A stretch of 63,501 bases of DNA, the filler included, from Reclinomonas americana ATCC 50394 (lineage: Eukaryota): assembly GCA_048213135.1 (NCBI GenBank). It is 24 parts of 24 records of this genome, joined end to end, with 100 filler letters (N's around TTAATTAATTAA, not from the genome) between each part and the next. Parts side by side here need not be neighbours in the genome. Positions count along the whole stretch, not along the records: positions 1 to 4,573 come from AFZH01024566.1; positions 4,674 to 6,262 come from AFZH01024570.1; positions 6,363 to 9,419 come from AFZH01024573.1; positions 9,520 to 11,277 come from AFZH01024574.1; 20 more parts are not named here. The stretch is one strand, 5' to 3'. Shown one piece after another: positions 1 to 11,377 of this stretch. The notes beneath the pieces were generated by a model that saw nothing but the letters and a program-made list of their open reading frames with translations, was not told the origin of the DNA and made no database searches. Positions within the stretch are counted from its first letter, which is position 1, and the number at the start of each line of letters is the position of its first letter. A program made the position numbers and the translations under genes.

Positions 1-3000
1 TCAGTCAATCTCCAAGCCTCACCAACTTACTCCTCAACGCAGATGCAGAACACACACGTACGCACCAGGCCACGCGCGCGTCTGCAGTCTCCCATGACCA
101 TCACCATCATTACTTGACGGCGACAGCAGCAACCAAGAAGCGCACATCATCGATCCGCTTTGACTTGCCAACCGGGATCGAGAACGATCCACCGACCAGG
201 CCACCCATCAGGAAACACGACACGCATGTGTCCACCCATGGGTAGATTGCCGAATACGCGTCTGCAGTCTTCCATGGCCACCAGCATCATCACTCGGCGG
301 AGACGGCGGCAGCCAAGGTGCGCACATCATCGATCCGCTCCGACTTGCCAGCCGGGATTGAAAACGATCCACCGACCAGGCCACCATCGCACAGCACGGC
401 ACGCATGTGCTCACCCACTAATCCACGCTCTCCATGACACGCACGGGCTGCATAATTGAGGTGAGTGGGAGGGAAGGGGGAAGAGAGAGATCACGAAGAA
501 CAGGGCCACACAACTGCTGAGTGCATGGTGGGATGCGAATGGGGAGCCGAGAGAGTGAGGTGACAGCCGGAGCGGGCGATGCACAGCACGCCTGCAATCA
601 TTACAGAACAACGAGGGGGACCTGCCCCTAAGGTGCCTGCATGTCGGTACACTGTGAGCGAAGAATGGAGATATCTGCTCTGTCTCAATGACGAACACAC
701 CGATCAGCATCTGATACCAACACGCGTTTGGGCAAGAAGCAAGCCGAGGGACGCTCACACAACCATCCTGCAAGGGAGAGAAGGAGCAGAGTCAGTATGC
801 AGGTATGCCACCTCACGCACTTCGGTATCGGGAAGCTCACCGTGATGGACTGGCAGGATGGCAATCGTAACACGGTGAGCGGACCAGAATGCTCGACCTC
901 GAGCGAGTGCGGAAAAGAGGGGTGGATGACTGGGGAGGCAAATGAGCGCACAGAGGAGAAAGACGGCGGAGAAAGAGAGAGACTCTGCAGGAGGCAGGAA
1001 AAAGAGAGCGGAATGATATGCATCCTGCAGAGCCGAAAGGAGAATGTCTACGGCGCACATGCACAATGTGAAACAGGGCAGTGGCACCTAGGTGGTGCGC
1101 AAACGAGACGCGAGGGAACACTCTCCTGAGACATACATGGGCGACTAAAGATGCACGCACAACAGACATCACAACGAGAGGAAAAGAAATCACAGACTCC
1201 AATTGATTCATCTCGCTCGCATACACAAACGGTGGTGAGAAAGAGGCAAGCATGCAGAGGGAGATGTGCTTCACTACCTCTCTCTCACTCACATGACAGC
1301 GGAACAAACACAGAGAACAATTCATCAACCTCAACAACGATCTCTCTGCCTTTCCTCTGTCTTCTCTCTTCCGCCATCCAGCACTCGCACAACCACCCGC
1401 AACCCCGCACAAGACACGAAAATAACGCACAATCACCAGCAGCCACCTTCCCACACTTCGCCTCACCTTCTCAGCACCGGAAAAGGACGACCTCGGTATC
1501 CTCGACGATGAAACAGCGCAGAACCAGCTCTGGAAGACATCGTGAATCTACTTCTTCCTCCTGCATCTCCTGCACAGCTCGCATGGCCGAGCGTGCGGCG
1601 TCGAGCTCGAAGCCAGCAAGGCCACGCGGCGTGGACCACACTCTTACGGTCTTGTCCTTGCCACCCGCACTCACAATGTGCTGACCATCGGGAGAGACGG
1701 CCATAGACGATACCCATTCTGTATGTCCCTCCAACCGTCGTACTTCCTCTCCGCTCGCCAGAGACCACATCCGCACGGTGCTGTCTCCGCTCCCACTCAC
1801 GACATGCTGGCCATCAGGGGCGACGGCGACAGACCACACCGCACCAGTGTGTCCCTCCAACCACCGCACCTCCTCGCCACTTGCCAGTGACCACATCCGC
1901 ACTGTGTTGTCCCAGCCCCCGCTAACAATGTGTCGACCATCGGGAGTAACAGCAACAGACTGCACCCATCCAGTGTGTCCCTCTAACTGTCGCACTTCCT
2001 CGCCGCTCGCCAGCAACCACACTCGAACGGTGTTGTCTCCACCGCCGCTAACAATGTGTTGACCATCAGGAGTGACGGCGACAGACCGCACCGTGTCGGT
2101 GTGTCCCTCCAGCCGTCGCACCTCCTCTCCACTCTCCAGCGACCACACTCTCACAGTGTTGTCGAAACTACCACTCGCGATGTGCTGACCATCAGGGGTG
2201 AAGGCGACAGACATCACCGCATTGGTGTGGCCTTCCAACCGTCGCACCTCTTCTCCACTCGCCAGTGACCACACCCGCACTGAGTTGTCGAAGCTGCCGC
2301 TGACAACTTGCTTGCCGTCAGGAGTGACAGCGACAGAGAACACCCCGCCATCGTGTCCCTCCAGCCGTCGCACCTCCTTGCCACTCGCCAGAGACCACAC
2401 TCGAATCGTGTCGTCCATGCACCCACCAACAATGTGCTGGCAATCGGGAGTGACGGCGATGGTCCTCACCACATCGAGACTCAGAATGATCTGTGCCGAC
2501 CACCCGCGATGAGGCACACAACAACACAAACAACAACCGCACACATGCACAAGCACACGAATGCACGCACAGAGACCAACCACGCAAAAGTGCGCATACA
2601 TTCCCACCTTTGTTGTCATTCTCCGTGTGTGTGTGTGCGTGCTATGCGTGTGTGTGATTTGCTCGCTCGGGATTGTCACCGTTTCCCGCCTTTCTTCTCC
2701 CGCCTTGCGCTGAGACGTCGTTCATCCCTCGCCAGGCTGCAGCCAGTACGCCACACAGCATACAGCAGTATGAGAGCAATGTGACTCCGATGATGCTTGT
2801 GGGCTTTTGAAGAATGACATGGGACTCGTCGATGAGAAATCGACAGAATGGACAAGCAGGGTGGTGGTGTGACGAGGTGAAGCTCCACTGCATCGCGCTG
2901 CTGTCCAGCGACACTCTCTTTCGACTGACCTGCATTCTCTGCCCAACGAGGACTGGCATGTCGTGCTGCTTGGATACGCAGTTGTGGCCCTGGTGTGCTG

Positions 3001-4573
3001 ACGCCACGGCACACACGAGAATCAATTGAGCAGCGAGCGAGTCAGCGACACCTCACACCTCCTTGGCTAGGCCCACAGCGAAGCTGACGAGGTGCACGTC
3101 ATGATGATACGGCGAAGAAGGAGAGTCACAGGGAACAGGAGAGGAGCGACCAGTACAGTAGCACGTGCACAGCGATGGACGAGGCAGCTGCGTCGTGAGA
3201 CTCGCCTCTCACCCGAATCACAATCAATGCCTCGTGCCTTCAATCACACTCACAAGCGGTCGGTGCATTGTCTCATGCATGCACTGTGTAGCACGGAACC
3301 ACGTGTCTTCGCATGCCAGTGACGAGTCACTTGCCAGCACGCCTGTCACACAGAATTGAGTCAGTCAATCTCCAAGTCTCACCAACTTACTCCTCAACGC
3401 AGATGCAGAACACGTACGCACCAGGCCACGCGCGCGTTTGCAGTCTCCCATGGCCACCACCATCATTACTTGGCGGCGACAGCAGCAACCAAGAAGCGCA
3501 CATCATCGATCCGCTCTGACTTGCCAACCGGGATCGAGAACGATCCACCGACCAGGCCATCCATCGGGAAACACGAGACGCATGTGCACATCCACCCAGC
3601 CACGCTCTCCATGACGTGCACGGCCTGCATAATTGAGGTGAGTCGGAGGGAAGGAGGAAAGAGAGATCACGACAAACAAGGCCACACACCTGCTGAGTGC
3701 ATTGGTGGGATGCGAGTGGGGAGCCGAGTGAGTGAGGTGACTGCCGGCAACAGGCGAGGCACAGCACGCCTGTCATCGCCACGACATGCTTTCCATGGTC
3801 TCTGCATGCCGGTGTGCTGTGAGCAAAGGAATGGAGGAAGGAGAGAGATATCTGCTCTGTCTCACGTGACAAACACACCGATCAGCACCTGATGCCAACA
3901 CGCGTTTGTCAAGAAGCAAGCCAAGGGACGCTCACACAACCATCCTGCAAGGGAGAGAAGGAGCAGAGTCAGTATGCAGGTATGCCACCTCACACACTTC
4001 GGCATCGGGAAGCTCACCACGATGAACTGGCAGGATGGCAATCGAAACACGGTGAGCGGACCAAAATGCTCGGCCTTGAGCGAGTGCGGAAAAGAGGGGT
4101 GGATGGCAGGGGAAGCAGATGAGCGCACAAGGAGAGAGACGGTGGGGAAAGAGAGAGATAGACTCTGCAGGAGGCAGGAAAAGAGAGCTGAAAGACAGGC
4201 ATTCTTCGCAGTCGGAAGGACAATGTCCGGATCCGCGGCGCACGTGCACAATGGGAAGCAGAGTATAGCGGTGCCAAGAAAGTGTGCAAAGCAAGACGCG
4301 AGGGAAACAATCATCGGCGGCTCGCCCTCCTGAGGCACATACATGCACGACTCATGGCGCGAGCACAACAGACTTTACGTATACGACGAGACGAAAAAGA
4401 CACAACAGACTCCCAAGTGATTCATCGCGTTCGCACACACAAATGGAGGTGAGAAAGAGACACGCACACAGAGGGAGACATGCTTCACGCCCACACTCAC
4501 ATTCGCATGAAAGGGGAACAAGCACGGGAGAACAATTCATCAATCTCAACGACCTCACTCTCTCCCTTCCCCA
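1..4573. repeat. Diverged direct duplication: 1-~1340 matches 3361-4573 (unit about 3.36 kb, containing the WD40 gene)
   Basis: TCAGTCAATCTCCAAG(C/T)CTCACCAACTTACTCCTCAACGCAGATGCAGAACAC begins at both 1 and 3361. Colinear similarity continues, e.g. 760-920 vs 3939-4100. There is also an internal duplication at ~78-240 vs ~257-385. Confidence 0.92.
1471..2619 (-). CDS. Eukaryotic WD40-repeat protein (7 highly similar 42-aa repeats, HET-E-like); probable intron 2491-2607
   Basis: Repeats of GH..V.SVAVTPDG.HIVSGS.D.TVRVWSLASGEEVRRLE. ATG at 2619 (MTTK) is followed by a GT...CAG intron of 117 nt that keeps frame. The 3' end may continue via the donor AAG|GTGAG at ~1467 if the T-run at 1481-1484 is overcalled. 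Confidence 0.85.
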   Translation of the reverse strand: MTTKVGMYAHFCVVGLCACIRVLVHVCGCCLCCCVPHRGWSAQIILSLDVVRTIAVTPDCQHIVGGCMDDTIRVWSLASGKEVRRLEGHDGGVFSVAVTPDGKQVVSGSFDNSVRVWSLASGEEVRRLEGHTNAVMSVAFTPDGQHIASGSFDNTVRVWSLESGEEVRRLEGHTDTVRSVAVTPDGQHIVSGGGDNTVRVWLLASGEEVRQLEGHTGWVQSVAVTPDGRHIVSGGWDNTVRMWSLASGEEVRWLEGHTGAVWSVAVAPDGQHVVSGSGDSTVRMWSLASGEEVRRLEGHTEWVSSMAVSPDGQHIVSAGGKDKTVRVWSTPRGLAGFELDAARSAMRAVQEMQEEEVDSRCLPELVLRCFIVEDTEVVLFRC

Positions 4574-4673
4574 NNNNNNNNNNNNNNNNNNNNNNNNNNN
4601 NNNNNNNNNNNNNNNNNTTAATTAATTAANNNNNNNNNNNNNNNNNNNNNNNNNNNNNNNNNNNNNNNNNNNN
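4574..4673. other. Artificial contig linker N44-TTAATTAATTAA-N44 (first of 23; others start at 6263, 9420, 11278, 13195, 15882, 20492, 25084, 27315, 29718, 31350, 32798, 37308, 40819, 42989, 44901, 49347, 50840, 53234, 55922, 59078, 60364, 61838)
   Basis: Identical 100-nt spacer with stops in all six frames. Composition and apparent taxon often change abruptly across it. Confidence 0.99.
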
Positions 4674-5473
4674 GTCGGTGGAAGGCCACGCTGCCGAGAC
4701 TGCTGTAGATGATGGCGCGATCTGGGTGGTCGTCGTCCAGGTCGAACTCGGAGCGCAGGGCGTCCTGGAAGAAGAGAAGGGATGGTGAGCAGGAGGAAGA
4801 TGGGAGAGGTGCGGGGATGGAAGGGGGAAGGGAGAGGGGAAGGGAGGAGAAGGACGGATGGGAAGGAGGGTGAGAGGAGAAGGTGGAAGGCAGGGGGAAG
4901 GAAGGTGGAAGGCAGGGGGAAGGAAGGCGAAGGCGGAAGTGGGAGGGTGGGAGGAAGAGAGGAATGGAGAGGTATTAGAGATGAGGAAGACGGGAGAGGA
5001 GATTGGAAGGGAGGAGAATGAGGAGGGAGGAGAAGGGTGGGATACGAGGGGAATATAAGAGCTCGAACATGGGAGAATGGGAATGAGAACAAGCGCTTGA
5101 GAGTGTGAGAGAGGCTGAGAATGTAACAATGGAGGCAGAGTAACAGAACGAGGATGAGAAAAAGCATGATCGACAACGAGAACAAGGAATGTTGAGAATG
5201 ACAAGAGTAGGACTGACACTGGGAACGAGGAAGACGTAGAGGGAGACAAAGAATGATCACGAGCAACAGCGAGGTGATGGAACATGTTCTCTGAACTCTC
5301 TCCCCCCTCTCTCTCCCTGAAACTCTGGCACATAAACGACGAACCATGTACTCGGCAAACGCCAGATCATCCTCGCCCTCGCTCTCATACACACTCCCGA
5401 TGGCGACGTGGAAGTAAATGTTGACCTCCGGAGGCAGCGTCGTTCTGTGAGCGTGGAAATCACTGTAAGACTC
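4674..5473 (-). CDS. Eukaryotic TPR-like protein, internal exons (~5345-5473 and 4674-4764) separated by a CT-rich intron
   Basis: Spliced translation ...YFHVAIGSVYESEGEDDLAFAEYM|DALRSEFDLDDDHPDRAIIYSSLGSVAFHR. The HPD.A...LG.V pattern resembles kinesin-light-chain-type TPRs. GT..AG boundaries are present. Confidence 0.55.
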
Positions 5474-6362
5474 TGGAGGAAGCCGGAATCGAAAGCAAAG
5501 GTAGAGACTGCAGAAGAGAAACTGCAAGTGGAGAGTCGAGGGTGAGATGAGACGACAGATGCCAGATCGCGTGATGACGGAGACAAACAGACGAGAGGCA
5601 AGCAGCGGGAGAACACGGGCCACAGAGGCAGCAATGAAACGAGGAAAACCAAGTCCGCCTCTCCGTCTGTCACCTCACAACCCTTGATCTCTCCTTCCTT
5701 CTGATCAAGGCGACCACGCCTCACACCACATTCACATCTACCTCTCCGCTGGCCTCGCTTTTTCTCCTCTGTGATCCTGTTCTTGATTTCCTCCTGTGCC
5801 CTTCTCCCCCTTCCTTTCCTCCTGTACCCCGTCTCGTCACTTCTTGTTCTCCTCTGGCTCACATCGCCACTTCCCTTCGCAAGACGCATCGCCACCTCCG
5901 TGTACTCTCCTCTCACTTACATCTCCTCCTTCATCCACTTCTTCTCTTCTTTCTTGTTCTTCCATCTCTTCTCTGCTCTTGTCTCTTCCTTGATCTTGAT
6001 CAGTGTCTTCTTCTTGTTGTTGTTGCTCTTGTTCCCACGTCTTCTCTTCTTTCACCTGCTCTTGTTCTCGTCCTCTTCTCTTCTCCACTTATCGCTGATC
6101 TTTCTACATTATCTTCAACAACAATAACAAAAAGCAGCAAGAAGCAGGTGTTGTTGTTGTTGTTCTTGCTCTTCTCTACACTTCGCTGATCTTGTTCTTC
6201 TTCCTGTTGTTGCCGTTGTTGTACTCCTTCCTCCACGTCTTCTCTTCTTCTTCTCTCTCTCTNNNNNNNNNNNNNNNNNNNNNNNNNNNNNNNNNNNNNN
6301 NNNNNNTTAATTAATTAANNNNNNNNNNNNNNNNNNNNNNNNNNNNNNNNNNNNNNNNNNNN

Positions 6363-7479
6363 CGCTCAGGAAGGCGCTCATCGCGCCATAGGTCCGGGCA
6401 TAGGCCGCGTTGAAGCGGTCGAAGAGCGCCTGGTCCCAGTACTCTTCCAGCCTGAACGGCTTGTCGCCGAAGACGTCGACGCTCGGGATCTGGAAGGTCT
6501 CGGCGAACTCGACGGTGCGGCTGTCATAGGTGAAGTAGATCGAGGGCGTGCCATTGGCGAGCGCCATCAGATTGCCGTGCAGCCGGTAGCCGAGGACGAG
6601 ATCGAGCTTGCGCACGAGCTGCTCGTAGCCGGCGACGACATCCGAATAGAACATCCGGTCGCGGTAGAGGCCTTCCATCTGCTCATCGAGATACCAGGCC
6701 ATCGCCCAGCCATTCTCGCGCAGAGCCGCCATGCCCTCCTGCTTCTGCTCGGGTGTGCCCAAAGCGAGCTTCTTCTCCTCGACCTCGCCCTGCGACATCA
6801 GCGTGACCTCGAAGCGATCCGCCATCGCCTTCACCAGATCGCGGTGGAAGGTGAGGTAGCGCTTGATGTCCTTGGCGTAGTGCTTGGAGACCTCGCGGCG
6901 CAGGGTGACGCCGACCCGCTTTACTGCGTCGAGCGCCGGCAGGCGGATGGCGAGGTCGGGCCGGTTGTTGCGGAAGGCGGTCGGGCAGCCGATGATCCGG
7001 GCGTTCTTGATGCCGAGCTCGTGCATGACCTCGGCCGAATAGGTGCCGCGCACGCCGACAGAGGCCGTCGAATCCGAGATCAGCTTGAGGACGGTCTTGC
7101 TGTCCTCGCTGAGTTCGAGCTTGCCGCTGACCGGTGCCTGCGCGCCGATGCCGAAGGCGAGCACCGGCAGCTTCAGCCGGCGCAGCACCTCGGCGGTGCG
7201 GCTCCAGTTCATCCCGGCGTGGACATAGTTCGAGCCGCGCAGGAAGACATAGTCGAACTCGGCGTTGAACCGGTCGATCTGCTGGGGATCGATGCTGGTG
7301 ATCGGCAATTCCTCGAGCGTCTCGAAGTTGAGCAGCTTCAGCGAGGAATCGAAGACGAAGGCGTCGCCGATATTGTGGTAGTGGTTGATGTGGCTCTGCA
7401 GGTCGGCGTGGCGGTACCAGCGGACATTGTCGTGGTCGTAGACCTCGCCTGACGGGCTGATCACGAGGATGCGGGCCAT
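6363..7479 (-). CDS. Polysaccharide pyruvyl transferase family protein (3' truncated)
   Basis: MARILVISPSG...HNIGDAFV...FGIGAQA...GVRG...IIGCP...GYRLHGNLMALANGTP. An AAGGGAG RBS lies upstream; codon usage is alphaproteobacterial high-GC. Confidence 0.88.
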
Positions 7480-7511
7480 GGTTGCGTTCTCCCTTCTTGT
7501 CTTCGCGCAGC

Positions 7512-8823
7512 TCACGCGATCATCGGCGCGGCGGCGCGATTGGCCGGAGCCGGCATGCCCCGCTCGGCGATCAGGCGCTGGTAGAGCGCCAGATGCTGAT
7601 TGGCGCAGTCGACATGGCTGAGCGGCTTCCTGATGCCTGCGCGCAGGCGCTCCCAGAGCCCGGGCTCGCTCAGCGCCCGGGTCATGCAGTCGGCGAGGTC
7701 CTCCGGGCTGCCGGAACGGAAATGCAGCCCGTCGACCTCGTCGGTGATCTTCTCGGCCATGCCGCCGAGATTGCTGGCGAGGATCGGGCGGCCGTGGAAG
7801 AAGGCTTCCTGGATCACGACCGGTGAGTTCTCCCACCAGACCGAGGGCATCACCATCCAGTCGACCGACCGCATCAGGTTCGGCATCTCGTGATTCTGGA
7901 AGGCGCCGCAGAAGCGCACGCGCCGACCGGCCGCCTCGACCAGGTCGGCGAACTTCTTCTTGTAGGCCTCCGGCTGCCGGTCGAGGTTGCCGCCATAGAC
8001 GAGGAGCACGCTGTCCTCGCCCCAGATCTGCTCCGGGATGCGGGTGACGGCGTCGATGAGCATGTCGGCGCCCTTATAGGGGGTGAGCTGGCCGAAATAG
8101 GCAAAGCGCGAGCGCCGCCCCTCCGTATCCGGCAGCGGCCGCGGCGGGGCGACCTCGGCGACATCGATGCCGTTCTCGATCACCGAGAAGCGCTCCGCGG
8201 CAAGTCCCCATTGCTGGTAGCGCTCGGCCAGGAACCGGCTCGGCGAGACGAAATGGTCGGCGAGGTTGAGGATGCCCTTGATGAAGGTCTCGCGGGGCGA
8301 GGAAGCGCGACGGCGAGATGTCCGGGAAGCAGGCGTTGCAGTCGCTCGGCGAGGCCCGGTAGCAGAGCTTGAAGGCGCCGGTCTTCACCATCTGGCCGTG
8401 ATGGTGGCAGATCGAGAGATATTCATGGAAGGTCACCACGATCAGCGCATCCGGCAGCGTGTCGCGCACCGCAAAGATGCATTCGAGGCCGAGGCCGATG
8501 AAATGGTGGAAATGCACCACGTCGGGCTTCAGATCCCGCAGCACGCGGACGAAATCGCGCTCGATCTCGTCGGTGGCGCGGTTCGAGAGCAGGAAGTGGT
8601 CGTATTCTTCGGCGTAGTAGAGCAGTTCGCCGCCGCGCTGGCGCAGGCTCATCAGCGCCGTGCCGGCATGGCGTGGCGTCGGCGCGCCGACCCGGGCGAG
8701 GTAGTGCGTGTCCACCTCGCTATTGGCGCGGAAGCCCTTGTGCAGGTTGTAGGAAGCGATCTCGGCGCCACCGAGCGAGAACGACGGGTGGCCGTGCGAG
8801 ACGACGAGGATACGCATGCTCAT
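7512..8823 (-). CDS. Glycosyltransferase family 4 (GT-B), split by a +1 frameshift at ~8295
   Basis: N-terminus MSMRILVVSHGHPSFSLGGAE...PDVVHFHH...VTFHEY and C-terminus FGQLTPYKG...PSVWWENSPVVIQEA. Removing one base from the G4 run at 8294-8297 joins SRFLA-RETFIKGILNLADHFVSPS in frame. Confidence 0.88.
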
Positions 8824-9419
8824 CCTCTCATGTTGGAGATGGCCAGCGCCCAGCGCCGGTCGAAACTGGTGCGGTCGGCGAGGTTGATCAGTGTGCCGAC
8901 ATGGGGGCGGGTCTCGCCGTCCTCGACGACATAGATCTCGACCTCCGGCACCCAGAGCGACGGCACCCCGTTCATCCTGAGCTTGAGGCAGAGATCGAGG
9001 CCCTTCTCGCTGGGCGTGAAGTAGCTGCGCGAGAAGCCGTCCGCCTCGAGGAAGGCGTTGCGCGACATCACGCAGCATTCGGTCGCGCCGGCGGCGACCT
9101 CCATCGGCCCGAGACTGCCGATCGCATCCAGGGGATAGCCGACGAAGCGGTTGTAGACGCGCCGGTTCGCGCCTTCGCCTTCGAGCCAGGCGCCGGCCCA
9201 GCGGATCGAATTGTCCTCGAAGAGCAGGGTTGGACTCGCGACGCATTGGCCGCCGCGGCCGCGATAGGCCCGCTCCAGGCGTCCGAGCCAGCCGGGCATG
9301 CGGATCTGGGCTGCGCCGGAGAGCAGCGCCACCGTCTGGAAGCGGCAGGCGCGCACGCCCGCCTCCAGCGCATCGCAGCTGTCCTCGACGCCCTCGACCA
9401 GCACGAGCCGGACCTGGAG
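8820..9419 (-). CDS. Glycosyltransferase family 2-like protein, C-terminal part
   Basis: SPTLLFEDNSIRWAG...ECCVMSRNAFLEADGFSRSY...LDLCLKLR...LWVPEVE. Its stop overlaps the GT4 start (ATGA). Confidence 0.75.
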   Translation of the reverse strand, partial: LQVRLVLVEGVEDSCDALEAGVRACRFQTVALLSGAAQIRMPGWLGRLERAYRGRGGQCVASPTLLFEDNSIRWAGAWLEGEGANRRVYNRFVGYPLDAIGSLGPMEVAAGATECCVMSRNAFLEADGFSRSYFTPSEKGLDLCLKLRMNGVPSLWVPEVEIYVVEDGETRPHVGTLINLADRTSFDRRWALAISNMRG

Positions 9420-9519
9420 NNNNNNNNNNNNNNNNNNNNNNNNNNNNNNNNNNNNNNNNNNNNTTAATTAATTAANNNNNNNNNNNNNNNNNNNNNNNNN
9501 NNNNNNNNNNNNNNNNNNN

Positions 9520-11277
9520 AAATCCGCTCTCACGCGGCGGCAGCATGCACTCGATCTGACACGGACTCGACTCGGCCACACCCACAAACCGTCCACCCAC
9601 ACCCACATCATCGCCCACAATGCACCCAACACTCCGTCGGCTGTCCGCAGCCGGACACAGGAATCCACCCCCAATACTCACACCCATCACCGTCCACCCA
9701 GACGACAATCCACGCAGTGCACGACTGCCGTCACTGCCTGCATACGACACCGTCGCATTCACTGCACTCACTTGCACCCACACCTCGTTGCTGAACTGCT
9801 GCCCATCGCCACTCACCGCAACCTGCGACACCAACCCACTGCCGTACCCCACAATCACAGGACACCGCACCTCACCCCCGCTTCCAACCCGTCCGCCCAC
9901 ACGCGTCACCCCGTCATACAGACACACCACGTCCTCCTCAAACAGCTCGCCATCCGCAGACAACACCACAACTTCACGTCGCCCATCCGACCACTCGCCA
10001 ACACCATCACCCTTGCGGGAAATCTGCATCGCACTCGTCACACCAATCTCCACCCCACTCACCCCACCACCATACTGCTGGCCCGTCAGACTCGCCTCAA
10101 CGTGCACCAGTGATCCTCTCGCCACACCGCCACCAAAACCCACACCTCCTTCACACACCGCGACACGACTCGACAGCGCACTCGCAGCAATCTCCGTCCC
10201 GCCACTCACATCGTTGCTCGCTGGACGCCACCGACACCACACGCCACCATCAGCAGCAGTCGCAAACCCATCACCGTACACGCCAACACTCAGGCCTCTC
10301 GGACGCACACCTCCCACAACAAAACTGCTCGTCACTTGCGCTTCCTTCACATACTCCACGCTCTTCACAGTCCCCGCAATCCACTCACTACCGTCCACGC
10401 TCACTTCAACCGCCGCAAACCCACCCTGCCAGCTCGGCAGCGTCACGTCCCACTCCACACTGCCTCCCACCACACGTCGACCGCCACCACCGCCGCTGTT
10501 ACTGCTGTCAGCCACAACTGCACTCACACCACCTCCAATCTGCACATACATTGTCGACACCTCAGACACAGCTGCAAGTCGCACCGTCACTCTATCGCCA
10601 CCGCTCGTCACCACACGCACACCATCGTCGTCAAGGCCTCCTCCACCAACACCAACACCAACAATGCCACCAGACACTCCGCTTCGCACATCCAACACAG
10701 TCGCCGCAGTCGAGTTCACCACCCACACTCCAACCGTCGTCCACGCTCCCGTGCCCTCGCGTGCCAGAGGCCATCGCTGGTCAATGCCCACCTGCACTCG
10801 CATGTCGCTACCGCCTCTCACAAACGGCATGCTGCACTTGACCTCGGTGCCGCTCACCGTCTCCGCAACAACAGCCGTTCGCTCGCCAACCAGGCACCAC
10901 ATCGATTCCGCTGAGAATCGCTCACCAAGCACACGAACAACGCGTCCTCCACCACCGCCACCAACATACACGCTGCCAGTTCGCCGCTGCAGCAGTCGTC
11001 CGGCCACATACCGCCGCACACTCACCCCCGTCGATGCCACATCCACCTGGTTGTTCGACACACTCATCACCACCGTCGACTCGTCGTCGTCACCTCCAAC
11101 AACGCTGCCATCGTTCACCTCACACCCCAACACCCGACTCGACAACAGTCGTCCACCGCGCCGCCGCACCACACTCCCCGAGTCGTCCTTGACCACGCAC
11201 AATAGACCCTGCTCCACAAAATCGCGCCCCACCAACACCACAACCCCGCTGTCGCCTCGCTGCGTCCACACTCGTTC
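9520..11277 (-). CDS. Fragment of large Gly/Val-rich IPT/TIG-repeat surface protein (eukaryotic, intronless here)
   Basis: Frame open across the whole contig. Repeated V.V.G..F / C..G / V.C..P / VEVS..G Ig-like strands. Confidence 0.7.
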
Positions 11278-11377
11278 NNNNNNNNNNNNNNNNNNNNNNN
11301 NNNNNNNNNNNNNNNNNNNNNTTAATTAATTAANNNNNNNNNNNNNNNNNNNNNNNNNNNNNNNNNNNNNNNNNNNN

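Noticed and set aside
4618..4629. Recurring TTAATTAATTAA as a biological repeat or recombination site
   Set aside because: It is always centred in N44 flanks, so it is an artificial concatenation linker. ORF tails ending in X..LIN are artefacts.
8294..8297. Programmed frameshift or phase variation in the GT4 gene
   Set aside because: The run is only 4 nt, and similar +1 homopolymer insertions occur in unrelated contigs, so sequencing error is more likely.
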